A stretch of DNA of 64,000 bases from Alphaproteobacteria bacterium (GCA_965243315.1 CBDEUP010000007.1:664221-728220); one strand, 5' to 3'. Positions 26,719 through 37,570 are shown, counted from the stretch's first letter. Numbers and translations: made by a program. The notes: a model not told the origin generated them from the sequence alone.

Positions 26719-28134
26719 CTAGAGATTGTCGAGCGCGGCTTGCACTGCCTGGCGCTCCTCCGAACCCGGCGCAAGCAGGGTAAGGAGGCGCTTCCAATGC
26801 GCACGCGCGATGGCGCTGTCGCCCCGCTCCGCCGCCGCGCGCCCGATGAACCAGAGCGCCGCCCCATCGTCGGGCTCGAGCCCCAGGATGCGCTTGTAGA
26901 CCGTCACAGCCTCCGGCGGAGGCGGCTCCGCTCCAATCTCGCCGGTGAGAGCACGGGCATAGGCGTGGAGGGTCGCGAGGTCGTCTGGAGCCAGCTCCGA
27001 TGCGCGGCGCAACGTGTCGACCGCCTTCTCGGGCTCGCCGAGCACGGCATAGGATTGGGCGAGACGCCGCCAACCCTCAGGGTCGTCCGGATTTTCCTCA
27101 AGCCGCGCGGCAAGGTTCTCCACCATGCCGCGGATCATGGCCATGCGTTCTTCAGGCGACATCTCGGCCGCTGCCGCCATGTCCTCAGCCGTTGGACCGG
27201 GGGACGCGTCGGCCATCGTGGGCCCACTCGGAACCGTCCCCGGCTCGATACCGAGAACCTCGGCAGACTGGCGGATCAGTTGCTCCAAGTCTCCGCGCCA
27301 AGTGGCGTCAGCCGGCGTGTCGGCGGCGAGCGCAAGCCACATCTCGTAGGCCTCCCGCACCGCACCGGCCTGGGCGCGGGCGAGGGCCAGGTGAAAGCGC
27401 GCCGCCGGGTCGGTCGGCCGTGCTTCGAGGACTTGGCGGAAGGCCCCGACTGCCTCCGGCACCACCATCCCGTCGTTAGCCCAGACGATCGCTTCGCCCA
27501 GCATCGCCAGCACCTCGGGATCGTCGCCGGAAAGCGTCGCCGCCCGCCTGAGCGCATCGGCCGCCTCGGCGTACCGCTGCAGCACCACGTAAGAGCGGCC
27601 GAGCAGAAGCCAGCCTTCGAGATTGTCGGGTTCACCCTCAAGCCGCGCCGCAAGCTGCTCGACCGGCCCGCTCAGCGCCGCGAGGGTCTCCGTTCGAGCG
27701 GCCGGCCGTTCGACTTCCGCGAAGGGCCTGCCGGGCAGCCCGGGGGTGCCGAGGCTTGCGTAGATACCGGCGGCCAGCGCCGGAATGCAGAGCCCAAGCC
27801 CGATGGCCGCCGCCCGCCGCCGCCAACTCGTCGGTGCGCGCGCGCCTGCATCTGCCGGCTCGGATGCTTCCGCCGCGTCCGCCGCCTGTGCCGCGTCCCG
27901 CGCCCGTGCTGCGCGCAGCATGCGCCGCTCGATCTCGGTGCGGGCTGCTTCTACCTGCTCCTCGCTGACCAAGCCGCGGGCGCGATCGCTCTCCAGCTCC
28001 CTGAGCTGATCGCGATAGACGGTGAGGTCGTAGTCCGCCCGCGACGGGGTTCGGCGGTGCCGGCGCAGCACCGGGATCAGCACTGCCGCGACGGCGAGCG
28101 CCGTCAGCAATGCGGCGGCAAGCGCGAAGATCAT
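26719..28134 (-). CDS. ccmI: cytochrome c-type biogenesis protein CcmI (CycH), TPR-repeat protein
   Basis: N-terminal membrane anchor and multiple TPR-like repeats. Last gene of the ccm operon. Its start (28134) lies 12 nt after the ccmH stop codon. Confidence 0.8.
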   Translation of the reverse strand: MIFALAAALLTALAVAAVLIPVLRRHRRTPSRADYDLTVYRDQLRELESDRARGLVSEEQVEAARTEIERRMLRAARARDAAQAADAAEASEPADAGARAPTSWRRRAAAIGLGLCIPALAAGIYASLGTPGLPGRPFAEVERPAARTETLAALSGPVEQLAARLEGEPDNLEGWLLLGRSYVVLQRYAEAADALRRAATLSGDDPEVLAMLGEAIVWANDGMVVPEAVGAFRQVLEARPTDPAARFHLALARAQAGAVREAYEMWLALAADTPADATWRGDLEQLIRQSAEVLGIEPGTVPSGPTMADASPGPTAEDMAAAAEMSPEERMAMIRGMVENLAARLEENPDDPEGWRRLAQSYAVLGEPEKAVDTLRRASELAPDDLATLHAYARALTGEIGAEPPPPEAVTVYKRILGLEPDDGAALWFIGRAAAERGDSAIARAHWKRLLTLLAPGSEERQAVQAALDNL

Positions 28135-28146
28135 CGGCTGCTCGGT

Positions 28147-28635
28147 TCAGATGTCGTCGTCGAGAAGCGCGTCGAGCCGCCGCCGCTCCTCGGCGGAAAG
28201 GGGCGTCGCCCCTGCTTCGCGCGCCCCGGCCCGCGCTCGGCGCACGAGGGCAAAGGCAATGGCGGCGCCGGCAACGAAGACCGCCGCCGGCCCAAACCAG
28301 AGCGCGTAGGTCTCGGGCTTCACCGGCGGGTCGAGCAGAACGTAATCGCCGTAGCGGTCGGTGAGGAAGCCCCTCACGTCATCGTCGCTCGCGCCGCCCG
28401 CGATGCGCTCACGGACGATAGCGCGCATGTCCTGGGCCAGCGGCGCGTTGGAATCGGCGATCGATTGGCCCTGGCACACCATGCAGCGAAGCTCCGCATG
28501 GAGCGCTCGGGCGCGCGCTTCGAGCGCGGTGTCAGCGAGCGGCTCATCGGGCGTGAAAGACAGGCCGGGGCCCGCCGCAAGCGCCAACCAGAGCGCAACG
28601 AACCCGGCCAGCCCCAACCGTGCCGCAGCCGTCAT
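28147..28635 (-). CDS. ccmH: cytochrome c-type biogenesis protein CcmH (CycL)
   Basis: LRCMVCQGQSIADSNAPLA contains the conserved CcmH LRCxxCQ motif. Signal peptide plus C-terminal transmembrane helix. The ATG overlaps the ccmG stop (ATGA) at Met45 of the track ORF. Confidence 0.8.
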   Translation of the reverse strand: MTAAARLGLAGFVALWLALAAGPGLSFTPDEPLADTALEARARALHAELRCMVCQGQSIADSNAPLAQDMRAIVRERIAGGASDDDVRGFLTDRYGDYVLLDPPVKPETYALWFGPAAVFVAGAAIAFALVRRARAGAREAGATPLSAEERRRLDALLDDDI

Positions 28636-29237
28636 CCGTTCAGGTCCTCGATTAGCGGCAGGATGGTCTCGTCCAGGTCGTACTGCGAGAGCACGCCCAC
28701 GTGGCGGTGGCGGATGCGCCCGGCACCATCCACCACGAAGGTCTCGGGCACGCCGTAGACCCCCCAATCGATCCCGGTGCGGCCGTCGAGATCGGCTCCC
28801 ATCAGCGTGTAAGGATTGCCGAGGCGGCCGAGCCAGCGCTCGGCGTCGTCCGGCGTGTCCTTATAGTTAATGCCGTAGAGCGGGATCGTGCCGGCCCCGG
28901 CGAGCGCCATCAACAACGGGTGCTCGACCCGGCAGGGGCCGCACCAGGAGGCGAAGATGTTGACGAGCGCAATCTCGCCCTTCTGGAGATCGGTGGTCGC
29001 GAACCCGCCTGCGTCTTCGAACCCCTGGACCGGCGGGAGCGAGAATTCCGGCACCGGCTTGTCGATCAGCGCCGACGGCACCTTGCCGGGATCGCCGGTG
29101 AGCAACTGGACGCCGAGCGCGGCGGCAAGCGCAACGAACAGGAACATCGGTACGAGATAGCGCAGCCTGCGGGCGGCGGAGACCGGCGGGCGGGCCTCCT
29201 GCTCCTCCCGCGGCGCCTGGGCGCCCTCGTCCGCCAT
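28632..29237 (-). CDS. ccmG: thiol:disulfide oxidoreductase CcmG/DsbE
   Basis: Membrane anchor plus a thioredoxin fold with the WCGPC active site (FASWCGPCRVEHP). Confidence 0.85.
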   Translation of the reverse strand: MADEGAQAPREEQEARPPVSAARRLRYLVPMFLFVALAAALGVQLLTGDPGKVPSALIDKPVPEFSLPPVQGFEDAGGFATTDLQKGEIALVNIFASWCGPCRVEHPLLMALAGAGTIPLYGINYKDTPDDAERWLGRLGNPYTLMGADLDGRTGIDWGVYGVPETFVVDGAGRIRHRHVGVLSQYDLDETILPLIEDLNG

Positions 29238-29251
29238 CTCCTGCCTGTCCC

Positions 29252-31240
29252 TCAGTCGCCCGTGCCGGCAGCGGCGACAGCGGGCGCCGAATGCCGGCGG
29301 CGCGTGGGCGCGCCCACGCGGTGGCGGCGGTCGGTCAACGAAACGACACCGCCGGCCACCATGAGGAGTGCGCCGATCCAGATCCAGGGCACGAGTGGAT
29401 TATGGTGGATGCGGATCGCCGTGCCGCCGGGCGCATCCTCGCCCACCACGACATAGAGATCGGAGAGCCAGGTGGTGTGGATCGCGGCCTCGGTGGTCCA
29501 GGTGTCCTGCACCGGGTAGTGGCGGCGCTCGGGCAGCAGGAGCGCAACCGGCTCGCCGTCCTGCAGGACCCGGACTTCACCGCGCCGCGCGATGTAGTTG
29601 GGGCCGGGCACGTCACCGATGCTCTGCAGCTCGAAATCGTAGCCGGCGAGGGCGACCGAATCGCCCGGCTGCATCGCCTGCTCACGCTCGGTCTGCCAAT
29701 TGCTGGCGCCGACCGTGCCCACCACCAGTACCGCGACGCCGAGATGGGCGATGCTCATCGCCCAGGCTGCGCGGGGCAGGCCGAGGGCACGGCGCGCACT
29801 CTCGGCAAGCGGCACGCGGAAGAGCCGCACGCGCTCTGTGAACTCCGTGAGCACGCCCGCCGCCACCCAACCTGCGAGCGCCATGCCGAGCACCGCACCC
29901 CAGGGTCCGCCGCCGCTCGCCCCGACCGCCGCGGCCACGGCGATGGCGGCGATAAGCGAGACCGCGAGGCGCGGCAGCACGGCGCTGGGTCCGGCGCGCT
30001 TCCAGGCCATGAGCGGCCCCACCGCCATCATCAGGAGGAGGGGAATCATCAGGAGCACGAAGGTGGATTCGAAGAAAGGCGGCCCGACCGAAACCTTCTG
30101 GTCCGCGATGGCGTCGAGAACCAGCGGATAGAGCGTGCCAATAAAGACCGTGGCGCAGCCGACCGCCAGCAGCAGATTGTTGGCCAAGAGTGAACTCTCG
30201 CGCGAGAGCGGGCGGAACGAGCCGCCGGCCCGCATCCCCGGCGCGCGCCATGCGTAGAGCGTGAGCGAGCCGCCGACCACGATCACCAGGAACACCAGGA
30301 TATAGACCCCGCGCGCCGGGTCGGAGGCGAAGCTGTGCACCGAGGTCAGCACGCCGGAGCGCACCAGGAAGGTCCCCAATAGGCTCAACGAGAAGCCGAG
30401 GATCGCGAGCAGCACGGTCCAGCTTTTGAGCGAGTCCCGTTTCTCCGCCACGATCGAGGAGTGCAGCAGCGCGGTCGCCATCAGCCAAGGCATGAAGGAG
30501 GCGTTCTCCACCGGGTCCCAGAACCAGTACCCGCCCCAGCCGAGCTCGTAATAGGCCCACCAGGAACCCAAGGCGATGCCGGCCGTTAGCGCGCACCAGG
30601 AGAGCAGGGTCCAGGGCCTGACCCAGCGTGCCCAGGCCGCGTTCACGCGCCCCTCGATCAGCGCTGCCACGGCGAAGGAGAAGGCGGTCGAGAGCCCGAC
30701 GTAGCCGAGGTAGAGCAGCGGCGGGTGGAAGGCGAGGCCGGGGTCCTGCAGCAGCGGGTTGAGGTCGCGCCCGTCGAACGGCGCCGGATCGAGCCTGAGG
30801 AAGGGGTTGGAGGTGGCGAGCACGAAGACCAGGAAGCCGAGCCCGATCAGCGCCTGCACGGCCAGCACCCAAGCCCGGAACGCCGGCGGCAGGTTGCGCC
30901 CGAAGACCGCCACGGCGGCGCCGTGGACCGCCAGAATCCACACCCAGAGCAGCATCGAGCCTTCGTGATTGCCCCATGTGCCGGTGAACTTGTAGAGCAG
31001 CGGCTTGGCCGAATGGGAGTTGTCGGCAACCGTCACCACCGAGAAGTCGGAGACGACGAAGGCCTGCATCAGGCAGGCGAGCGCAGCCGAGATGAAGACG
31101 AACTGCGCCACCGCGGCCGGCCGCGCCAGCGCCATCAGGCCGCCATCGCGGAGCCTGGCGCCGAGGGGAGCGGCGACCGCCTGCACCAGCGCCATCGCGA
31201 GCGCGAGGATCAGGGCGAAGTGGCCGATCTCGGGGATCAT
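29252..31240 (-). CDS. ccmF: cytochrome c-type biogenesis protein CcmF (haem lyase subunit)
   Basis: 662 aa, polytopic, with the conserved WGGYWFWDPVEN WWD-like region and TGTWGNHEGSMLLWVW. Confidence 0.9.
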   Translation of the reverse strand: MIPEIGHFALILALAMALVQAVAAPLGARLRDGGLMALARPAAVAQFVFISAALACLMQAFVVSDFSVVTVADNSHSAKPLLYKFTGTWGNHEGSMLLWVWILAVHGAAVAVFGRNLPPAFRAWVLAVQALIGLGFLVFVLATSNPFLRLDPAPFDGRDLNPLLQDPGLAFHPPLLYLGYVGLSTAFSFAVAALIEGRVNAAWARWVRPWTLLSWCALTAGIALGSWWAYYELGWGGYWFWDPVENASFMPWLMATALLHSSIVAEKRDSLKSWTVLLAILGFSLSLLGTFLVRSGVLTSVHSFASDPARGVYILVFLVIVVGGSLTLYAWRAPGMRAGGSFRPLSRESSLLANNLLLAVGCATVFIGTLYPLVLDAIADQKVSVGPPFFESTFVLLMIPLLLMMAVGPLMAWKRAGPSAVLPRLAVSLIAAIAVAAAVGASGGGPWGAVLGMALAGWVAAGVLTEFTERVRLFRVPLAESARRALGLPRAAWAMSIAHLGVAVLVVGTVGASNWQTEREQAMQPGDSVALAGYDFELQSIGDVPGPNYIARRGEVRVLQDGEPVALLLPERRHYPVQDTWTTEAAIHTTWLSDLYVVVGEDAPGGTAIRIHHNPLVPWIWIGALLMVAGGVVSLTDRRHRVGAPTRRRHSAPAVAAAGTGD

Positions 31241-31680
31241 TCGGCGCCCTTGCCCTTCCAGTTGCCGGATTTCTTCAGCGCGTCAGCCACCTCACGCGGC
31301 ATGTAGTTCTCGTCGTGCTTGGCGAGCACCTCGTCGGCTTCGAACACGCTGCCCTTCAGATAGCCCTCGGCGACCACCCCCTGCCCCTCGCGGAACAGGT
31401 CCGGCAAAATGCCGCGATAGGTGACGAGTACGGTGTGGGCGAGGTCGGTGATGGTGAAACGCACCGTAAGCCCGTCGTCACCCCTCACTACGCTGTTCTC
31501 CTCGATCAGGCCGCCCACGCGAAGCCGCTGCTCGGGCGAAAACTGCCGTTCCTTGAGCGTGCTCGGGTCATGGAAGAAGACAAGCGTGTCGTCGAGCGCG
31601 GTGAGCACCAGGCCCGCAGCAAGGCCAAGCGCGCCGAGCCCTCCGCCGAGAAAGACCAACCGCCAATGCTTGCGCTTCAT
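31237..31680 (-). CDS. ccmE: cytochrome c-type biogenesis haem chaperone CcmE
   Basis: 147 aa. Transmembrane anchor plus an OB-fold. The haem-binding histidine context LAKHDENYMP. Its stop overlaps the ccmF start. Confidence 0.9.
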   Translation of the reverse strand: MKRKHWRLVFLGGGLGALGLAAGLVLTALDDTLVFFHDPSTLKERQFSPEQRLRVGGLIEENSVVRGDDGLTVRFTITDLAHTVLVTYRGILPDLFREGQGVVAEGYLKGSVFEADEVLAKHDENYMPREVADALKKSGNWKGKGAE

Positions 31681-31886
31681 GCCGGGGCGTTCTGCCCCCC
31701 GTCACGGTCGCCGTCTCCATCGGCGTCACGCTGCCGGCGCGCGGTCGTCTCCAAGGCCCTCAGCGCCGCCTCCCTCGCACGCATGGCGCGAATGCTGAGC
31801 AGGAGGAGCGCAACCATGATCGCGGCCGCGGCGCCGAAGGCCGGCCACACGTAGGCGGCGTAGCCACCCATTTCGAAGAACGACAT
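31677..31886 (-). CDS. ccmD: haem exporter protein CcmD
   Basis: MSFFEMGGYAAYVWPAFGAAAAIMVALLLL is the typical CcmD single-helix pattern (GGYA.YVW). Start at Met16 of the track ORF. Its stop overlaps the ccmE start (ATGA). Confidence 0.7.
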   Translation of the reverse strand: MSFFEMGGYAAYVWPAFGAAAAIMVALLLLSIRAMRAREAALRALETTARRQRDADGDGDRDGGQNAPA

Positions 31887-32086
31887 TGCCCCACGCCCAC
31901 CTGCCGCAGGCGGCACCGCTGCAGGCACCACCCGACAGTCTCGTTACCCGGCAATGGTCATAGTGTGGGGGCTTCGTTCGCCGACATCAAGACGGCGGCC
32001 GGCGTGACCATCGAGGGACGGCTGACGTTGGGTCGCGGGTTGGCTACACTCGATGCACCGTTGAGTGGTCTTTGGAGGAGCGCGAC

Positions 32087-32500
32087 ATGGCCTATTGGCT
32101 CTTGAAGTCGGAACCCGGATCCTGGTCCTGGGACGATCAGGTGCGCGACAGCGTCACGGAGTGGGACGGCGTACGCAACCATCAGGCGAACAACAACATG
32201 AAGGCCATGAAGCGGGGCGACCGCTGCTTCTTCTACCACTCGGTCAACGCGAAGGAGATCGTCGGCGTCGTCGAGGTCGTGAAGGAGCACTATCCCGACC
32301 CGACCGATGCTTCCGGGCGCTTCGGCATGGTCGACGTCAAGGCCGTGGTCCCGGTGAGCGAGCCGGTCTCGCTGAAGCAGATCAAGGACGACCCGGCGCT
32401 GCAGGACATGCAGCTCGTGCGTCAATCGCGGCTTTCCGTGAGCCCCGTGAGCGAGGCCGAGTGGCGGCGCATCTGCACCCTGGCCGGCATCGCGGCCTAA
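32087..32500 (+). CDS. EVE domain protein (PUA-like, DUF55)
   Basis: MAYWLLKSEPGSWSWDDQ ... GDRCFFYHS is the classic EVE-domain N-terminus. GGAGGAG ribosome-binding site 6 nt upstream. Confidence 0.75.
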   Translation: MAYWLLKSEPGSWSWDDQVRDSVTEWDGVRNHQANNNMKAMKRGDRCFFYHSVNAKEIVGVVEVVKEHYPDPTDASGRFGMVDVKAVVPVSEPVSLKQIKDDPALQDMQLVRQSRLSVSPVSEAEWRRICTLAGIAA

Positions 32501-32517
32501 CGCGAGGATAGGCCCGC

Positions 32518-33558
32518 TCAGGCACCCTGCCTGCTCGCCGCCCGCGCGATTCGCAGCAGCGCCTGCCAGCAGATCGCCTCCGGCGCGCCACCGGAAACCT
32601 TGCAATCGCGCTCGGCACGGGTCAACAGCCCTAGCGCGCGGGCGGCGCGGGCGCTCGGCCAACGCGCCATCTCCTGACCGAAGGCGGCGCGTTCCCTGGG
32701 GAATACGGGCGGCTTGAGGCTGCCCATTGCGTCCGCCCGGCTGGCGCCGCCTTCCAGCGCGGCGACCGCGAGATGGAGGCGGGCGAGGCGCCGGGCTGCG
32801 GCGCGGAGAATGGTGATCGGTTGAACCCCGCCGTAGAGCGCCCGCGACATCGCCCGGTCCAGCCCTTCACGGTCGCCGGACAGGGCCAGACGCGCGACCT
32901 CATCGGCCGACGCTTCGGTCGCATCGCCGACGCAGGCCTCCGCGACCTCCTGCGTGAGCAAACCGCCCTCGGGGTCCCCCTCGCCCAGATAGACCGCGAG
33001 CTTCTCTACTGCGCCTTCGATCTGCCGGCGATCAGTGCCCAGACGCTCGGCAAGCCAATCGACCGTCTCGGGCGCCGCCTTGATTTTGCGCGCGCTGCAG
33101 AAGGCTTCGATCAACCGGGCAGCGCCCTCCGCGCTCTCGTCGTAGCAGGCGATGGCTGCGAGGCTCGCTTCCTGCTCGCATAACTTACGCAGCCCCGAGC
33201 GTGGGGTAAGCGGCCCGGCCTCCGCGATCACCAGACTCTCCGTGGCCGGCAAAACGAGACACAAGCGGATCGCGGGAACCACAGCCTCGGTCGCCCCGCG
33301 CAGGCGGACGGCACGTCGGCCGCCGATGAGCGAGAGCGCCGCCGCCTCGTCGGCGAGCCGGCCTGGCTCGTCACGCAGAAGCGCCGGGTCCAGGCTGGTG
33401 ACGCGAAAAGGATCGTCGGCATCCTCCGCGACGGCCTTGACGCAAGCTTCAGCGCGGGCCCGCACCAGGCCTTCGTTGGAGCCGTAGATCAGAACAAGCC
33501 GGACATCCGCGTCCGGAGCCGCGCAGAACCGATCCGCGCGCGCCGGCGGGATTTTCAT
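32518..33558 (-). CDS. holA: DNA polymerase III subunit delta
   Basis: 346 aa. Position and order leuS-lptE-holA conserved as in E. coli. N-terminal LVLIYGSNEGL clamp-loader delta pattern. Confidence 0.75.
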   Translation of the reverse strand: MKIPPARADRFCAAPDADVRLVLIYGSNEGLVRARAEACVKAVAEDADDPFRVTSLDPALLRDEPGRLADEAAALSLIGGRRAVRLRGATEAVVPAIRLCLVLPATESLVIAEAGPLTPRSGLRKLCEQEASLAAIACYDESAEGAARLIEAFCSARKIKAAPETVDWLAERLGTDRRQIEGAVEKLAVYLGEGDPEGGLLTQEVAEACVGDATEASADEVARLALSGDREGLDRAMSRALYGGVQPITILRAAARRLARLHLAVAALEGGASRADAMGSLKPPVFPRERAAFGQEMARWPSARAARALGLLTRAERDCKVSGGAPEAICWQALLRIARAASRQGA

Positions 33559-33595
33559 GGGGCGTCAACCGCCGGCGCGCGCGATGCCGGGTGCC

Positions 33596-34135
33596 TCATC
33601 GTCGGAGATGGAGGAGTATCAGCGTCAGGATTTCCTCGCTCAGCACCCGCGCCGCTTCCTCCGCCGCATCCCGCTCCGCCGTCACGGTAGCAAATCCCGA
33701 CTCGACCACGTTGAAACTGCCCGTCGCCTGCGCGGCGTCGCGGTAGACCACCACCCCATCCCCGTCGGCCAGCGAAAACCGAGCACGAAGCGCGAGATTG
33801 AACCGGGTCGCGTGGTCGTCGAGCTGGATGAGAAGCGGGGTCTTTTCCTGCTCGACCGTGAGAGTCAGGCGATAGTCGGGATGCGTCGGCTGCCCCCTCG
33901 GGGTGAGGCTGTCGATCAGATGATTGCGCACGATGTGGCCGACCCGGTCCTTGATAGGTGCGATCTCGATCGCCGCAACGCCGCCGCCGCGCGCCTTGCC
34001 GGCGCGAGAGCCGTAGAGTGGCTCCACGGAACAGGCGCCGAGCAGGACGAGGGAAAGAGCGAGGGCGAGGACGGGAGTCGTTCTGCGCCAGAGGCGTGTC
34101 GCGCGGGGGGAGAGCGGTCGGTCAGGTGACGACAT
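33596..34135 (-). CDS. lptE: LPS-assembly lipoprotein LptE
   Basis: Lipobox LLGAC followed by the LptE fold region. Immediately downstream of leuS with a 14-nt overlap, as in many Proteobacteria. Confidence 0.7.
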   Translation of the reverse strand: MSSPDRPLSPRATRLWRRTTPVLALALSLVLLGACSVEPLYGSRAGKARGGGVAAIEIAPIKDRVGHIVRNHLIDSLTPRGQPTHPDYRLTLTVEQEKTPLLIQLDDHATRFNLALRARFSLADGDGVVVYRDAAQATGSFNVVESGFATVTAERDAAEEAARVLSEEILTLILLHLRR

Positions 34136-36695
34136 TCACGATCCGTCCGGGCACGACGATCACCTTGCGCACTTCCCGGCCGGCGAGCGCCCGGCGCACG
34201 CCACCGTCCGCCATCGCCGCGTCTTCCGCCGCCGCCTTGTCGTGATCCGCCGGCAGCGAGATGGTCGCGCGCTTCCTGCCGTCCACCTGCACGGCGATGA
34301 CCACGACGTCGTCGGCCAGCAGCGCGGGATCGGGCTCGGGCCACGGCTCTCGCGCGAGCCAGCCGTCGTGGCCGAGACGGCGCCAAGCCTCCTCGGCCAG
34401 ATGCGGCACCACTGGACCAAGCAGGCGTATCGCGGTCTCCAGACCCTCCCGCATCACGTGACCTGCGCCAGGCGCGTCCTCGATGGCGGAGAGCGCATTG
34501 GTCAGCTCCCGCACCCGCGCCACCGCCCGGTTGAAGCGAAAACGCTCTAGATCATCGGTCACACCAGCGATGGTCTTGTGAATGGTCCTGCGCACGTCAC
34601 GCAGCGGAGCCCCCAAACCGCCCTGGTCTGGCACCGTCGCCCCGCATGGCGAAAGCGCAACGGGCGGCGACGAGACTAGGCGCCAAAGCGCGGCGACGTA
34701 GCGCCAAGCGCCCTTGACGCCGGTATCGGTCCATTCCAGGTCGCGCTCGGGCGGGCTGTCGGAGAGCATGAAGAGCCGCGCCGTGTCGGCACCGTAGGCC
34801 TCGATGATCGCCTCGGGATCGACGGTGTTGCGCTTCGATTTGCTCATCGCCTCGGACCGGCCGATGGCGATCGGACGCCCGTCTTCCTTGGCAACCAGAT
34901 TGCCGGCGCGGGTCTCGATCTCGTCGGGGTAGTACCAGCGCCCGTCGGCGTCGCGGTAGGTCTCGTGACACACCATGCCCTGGGTGAAGAGGCCGGCGAA
35001 AGGCTCGTCGATCGTCACGTGGCCGCAGCGCTTGAGTGCTTTGGTATAGAAGCGCGAATAGAGCAGGTGCAGCACCGCGTGCTCGATGCCGCCGATGTAT
35101 TGATCGACCGGCAACCAGGGCTCGACCTCGTCCGCCGGCAGTGGCTCGTCGGCGCGCGCGGCGCAGAAGCGCGCGAAGTACCAGGAGGAATCCACGAAGG
35201 TGTCCATCGTGTCGGTATCGCGCTCCGCGGCGGCACCGCAGCGCGGGCACGTGGTGTGCTTCCACGTGGGATGACGGTCGAGGGGATTGCCCGGCGTGTC
35301 GAAAGTCACATCATCCGGCAGATGCACCGGGAGCGCCTCGCGCGGCACCGGCACCACGCCGCACATTGCGCAATGCACCACCGGAATCGGGCAGCCCCAG
35401 TAGCGCTGCCGCGAGATGCCCCAGTCGCGGAGTCGATAGCTGACGGCATCGCCGCCGGCGCCGCGTTCCGCAAGCTCCGCGACGGCGCGCGCCTTGGCGT
35501 CGGCCACCGACAACCCGTCCAGGAAGTCGGAATTGATCGCAATGCCGTCACCGATATAGGCCTCGTCGCCAATCTCGACCGAATCCGCGTCCTCCCCCGG
35601 CGGGCACACCACCGGGATGATGGGCAGGCGCTGCTCGCGGGCAAAATCGAGGTCGCGCTGGTCGTGGGCGGGACAGCCGAAGATCGCGCCGGTGCCGTAA
35701 TCCATGAGCACGAAATTAGCGACGTAGAGCGGCAGCGTGCGTTCGGCGTCGAAGGGGTGGCGGACTCTCACGCCGGTGTCGAAGCCACGCTTGCCCGCTG
35801 CCTCGATGTCGCGCTCGCCGATGCCAGCGCGGTTGCACTCGGCAATGAAATCGGCGAGCGCCGGATCGGAGGCGCCGAGCGATGTCGCGAGCGGATGGTT
35901 GGGCGAGAGCGCGCAGAAGGACGCGCCGAACAGCGTATCGGGTCGGGTGGTGAAGACCTCCAGCGCCTCGTCCCGGCCCTCGATGGGGAAGAGGATGCGG
36001 GCGCCTTGGGAGCGTCCGATCCAGTTGCGCTGCATGAGCCGCACCTTCTCGGGCCAGCGCGGCAGCGCCTCAAGCGCATCCAGGAGTTCGTCGGCGAAGC
36101 GGGTGATGCGGAAGAACCATTGCGCCAGCCTGCGTTTCTCGACGACCGCGCCCGAGCGCCAGCCGCGCCCGTCCACGACCTGCTCGTTGGCGAGCACCGT
36201 GCCATCGACCGGATCCCAGTTGACCCAGGCCTCTTTGCGCTCGACGAATTCGGCCTCGAAGAAGTCGAGGAACAACGCCTGCTGGTGTTCGTAGTAGCCG
36301 GGGTGGCAGGTGGCGAACTCGCGCTCCCAATCGATCGAGAGCCCCATCAGCTTGAGCTGCCCGCGCATGGTCGCGATGTTGGCGTAGGTCCACTCGGCGG
36401 GATGGACGCCGCGCTCGAAGGCCGCGTTCTCCGCCGGCAGGCCGAAGGCGTCCCAGCCCATGGGGTGGAGCACGTCGAAACCCCGCGTCCGCTTGTAGCG
36501 CGCAACCACGTCGCCCATGGTGTAGTTGCGCACGTGGCCCATGTGGATGCGGCCCGAGGGGTACGGGAACATCTCAAGGACATAGTAGGTCGGGCGCCCG
36601 TCGCCGCGCTCGGCCCGGAACAGGCTCGCGCTCTCCCAGGCGGCTTGCCACTTGGCCTCGACCGCCTGCGCGTCGTAACGCTCACTCATCGGCAA
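34122..36695 (-). CDS. leuS: leucine--tRNA ligase
   Basis: 857 aa. HMGH ([15 protein letters not shown]) and KMSKS (AMSKSKRN) class-I motifs. Full-length similarity to LeuRS. Confidence 0.95.
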   Translation of the reverse strand: MPMSERYDAQAVEAKWQAAWESASLFRAERGDGRPTYYVLEMFPYPSGRIHMGHVRNYTMGDVVARYKRTRGFDVLHPMGWDAFGLPAENAAFERGVHPAEWTYANIATMRGQLKLMGLSIDWEREFATCHPGYYEHQQALFLDFFEAEFVERKEAWVNWDPVDGTVLANEQVVDGRGWRSGAVVEKRRLAQWFFRITRFADELLDALEALPRWPEKVRLMQRNWIGRSQGARILFPIEGRDEALEVFTTRPDTLFGASFCALSPNHPLATSLGASDPALADFIAECNRAGIGERDIEAAGKRGFDTGVRVRHPFDAERTLPLYVANFVLMDYGTGAIFGCPAHDQRDLDFAREQRLPIIPVVCPPGEDADSVEIGDEAYIGDGIAINSDFLDGLSVADAKARAVAELAERGAGGDAVSYRLRDWGISRQRYWGCPIPVVHCAMCGVVPVPREALPVHLPDDVTFDTPGNPLDRHPTWKHTTCPRCGAAAERDTDTMDTFVDSSWYFARFCAARADEPLPADEVEPWLPVDQYIGGIEHAVLHLLYSRFYTKALKRCGHVTIDEPFAGLFTQGMVCHETYRDADGRWYYPDEIETRAGNLVAKEDGRPIAIGRSEAMSKSKRNTVDPEAIIEAYGADTARLFMLSDSPPERDLEWTDTGVKGAWRYVAALWRLVSSPPVALSPCGATVPDQGGLGAPLRDVRRTIHKTIAGVTDDLERFRFNRAVARVRELTNALSAIEDAPGAGHVMREGLETAIRLLGPVVPHLAEEAWRRLGHDGWLAREPWPEPDPALLADDVVVIAVQVDGRKRATISLPADHDKAAAEDAAMADGGVRRALAGREVRKVIVVPGRIVNVVT

Positions 36696-36801
36696 CGCTC
36701 GCTCCCTCCCCCCGGCCGGTGCCGGAGAGCGGCGTCCCTATAGCATGAAGGATGAGTCGGCGCAGCCGTGCCGCACCGCCGGTCGTCGGGCGTTGTACCC
36801 T

Positions 36802-37329
36802 CTATCCGCCGAGTTGTGCGGTACGCAGTTGACGGGCGCGGTCGAGAATCTTGTCTTCGAGGCTGACCGCGGTGTCCGGGCTCGTGGCGCGGTCCTCCCA
36901 GAGACCGTCTTCGCCGCGTTCCTGGCGAAACACGGAGACCTGTACACCGTCCGAGCGCAGCATTCTGCCCAGGATGTAGACGGTCATCTTGAAGCGCTCG
37001 TCTGGGCTCTCGGACGGGGAGTACCAGTCGGTGATGATCACGCCGCCGAAGGGATCGGCCGAGAGCAAGGGCATGAACGAGATGGTGTCGAGTGTCGCAC
37101 GCCAGAGAAAGGCGTTAACGCCGATGCCGCTGGCAGGCGCTTCGCGCTCCTCACCACCGAAAAGCCCGATCCCGGCGGGACCGAATACGCTTTCTTGGCT
37201 CGCGCCGGCTGCACGCCGTCGGGGATCCATGGTTGGGCTATCCGGCGGCACTGAATTCTCACAGCCGGCCGCCGCCAGAGCCAGAAGGAAGACGCCAAGC
37301 ATCCCCAAGCCGATGTGCGAGCGCCTCAT
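36802..37329 (-). CDS. DUF3576 domain lipoprotein
   Basis: Start at MRRSHIGLGMLGVFLLALAAAGC, a lipoprotein signal with a lipobox. This family is typically found next to leuS in Alphaproteobacteria. The track ORF extends upstream to 37530. Confidence 0.55.
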   Translation of the reverse strand: MRRSHIGLGMLGVFLLALAAAGCENSVPPDSPTMDPRRRAAGASQESVFGPAGIGLFGGEEREAPASGIGVNAFLWRATLDTISFMPLLSADPFGGVIITDWYSPSESPDERFKMTVYILGRMLRSDGVQVSVFRQERGEDGLWEDRATSPDTAVSLEDKILDRARQLRTAQLGG

Positions 37330-37496
37330 TCCGGCCACCCCCGTTTGAACGTGCATGGCCGCTTTTACCACGAGGCGCGCACACGCCGCAGCAGAATCAG
37401 GATCGGAGGCCAGCGAAACGTGGCGGGCGTCGCCTGGACTGCGTTGCGCCGACGGCGAAGCGCCGCCGGAAAGTGAAATCCAGCTAAGGGCGAAGC

Positions 37497-37570
37497 TGGA
37501 GGCCGAGGCCGGAATCGAACCGGCGTACACGGATTTGCAGTCCGCTGCATAGCCACTCTGCCACCCGGCC
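37497..37570 (-). tRNA. tRNA-Cys (anticodon GCA), 74 nt, CCA encoded
   Basis: The reverse complement reads GGCCGGGTGGCAGAGTGGCTATGCAGCGGACTGCAAATCCGTGTACGCCGGTTCGATTCCGGCCTCGGCCTCCA. It has a 7-bp acceptor stem, the GTTCGATTC T-loop, an anticodon loop CTGCAAA, and overall similarity to E. coli tRNA-Cys. Confidence 0.8.

Noticed and set aside
31958-32662. A 234-aa minus-strand ORF upstream of ccmD.
   Set aside because: It is entirely antisense to the EVE-domain gene, which is well supported by its ribosome-binding site and motif. The region 31887..32086 is better read as the divergent promoter region for ccmD and the EVE gene.
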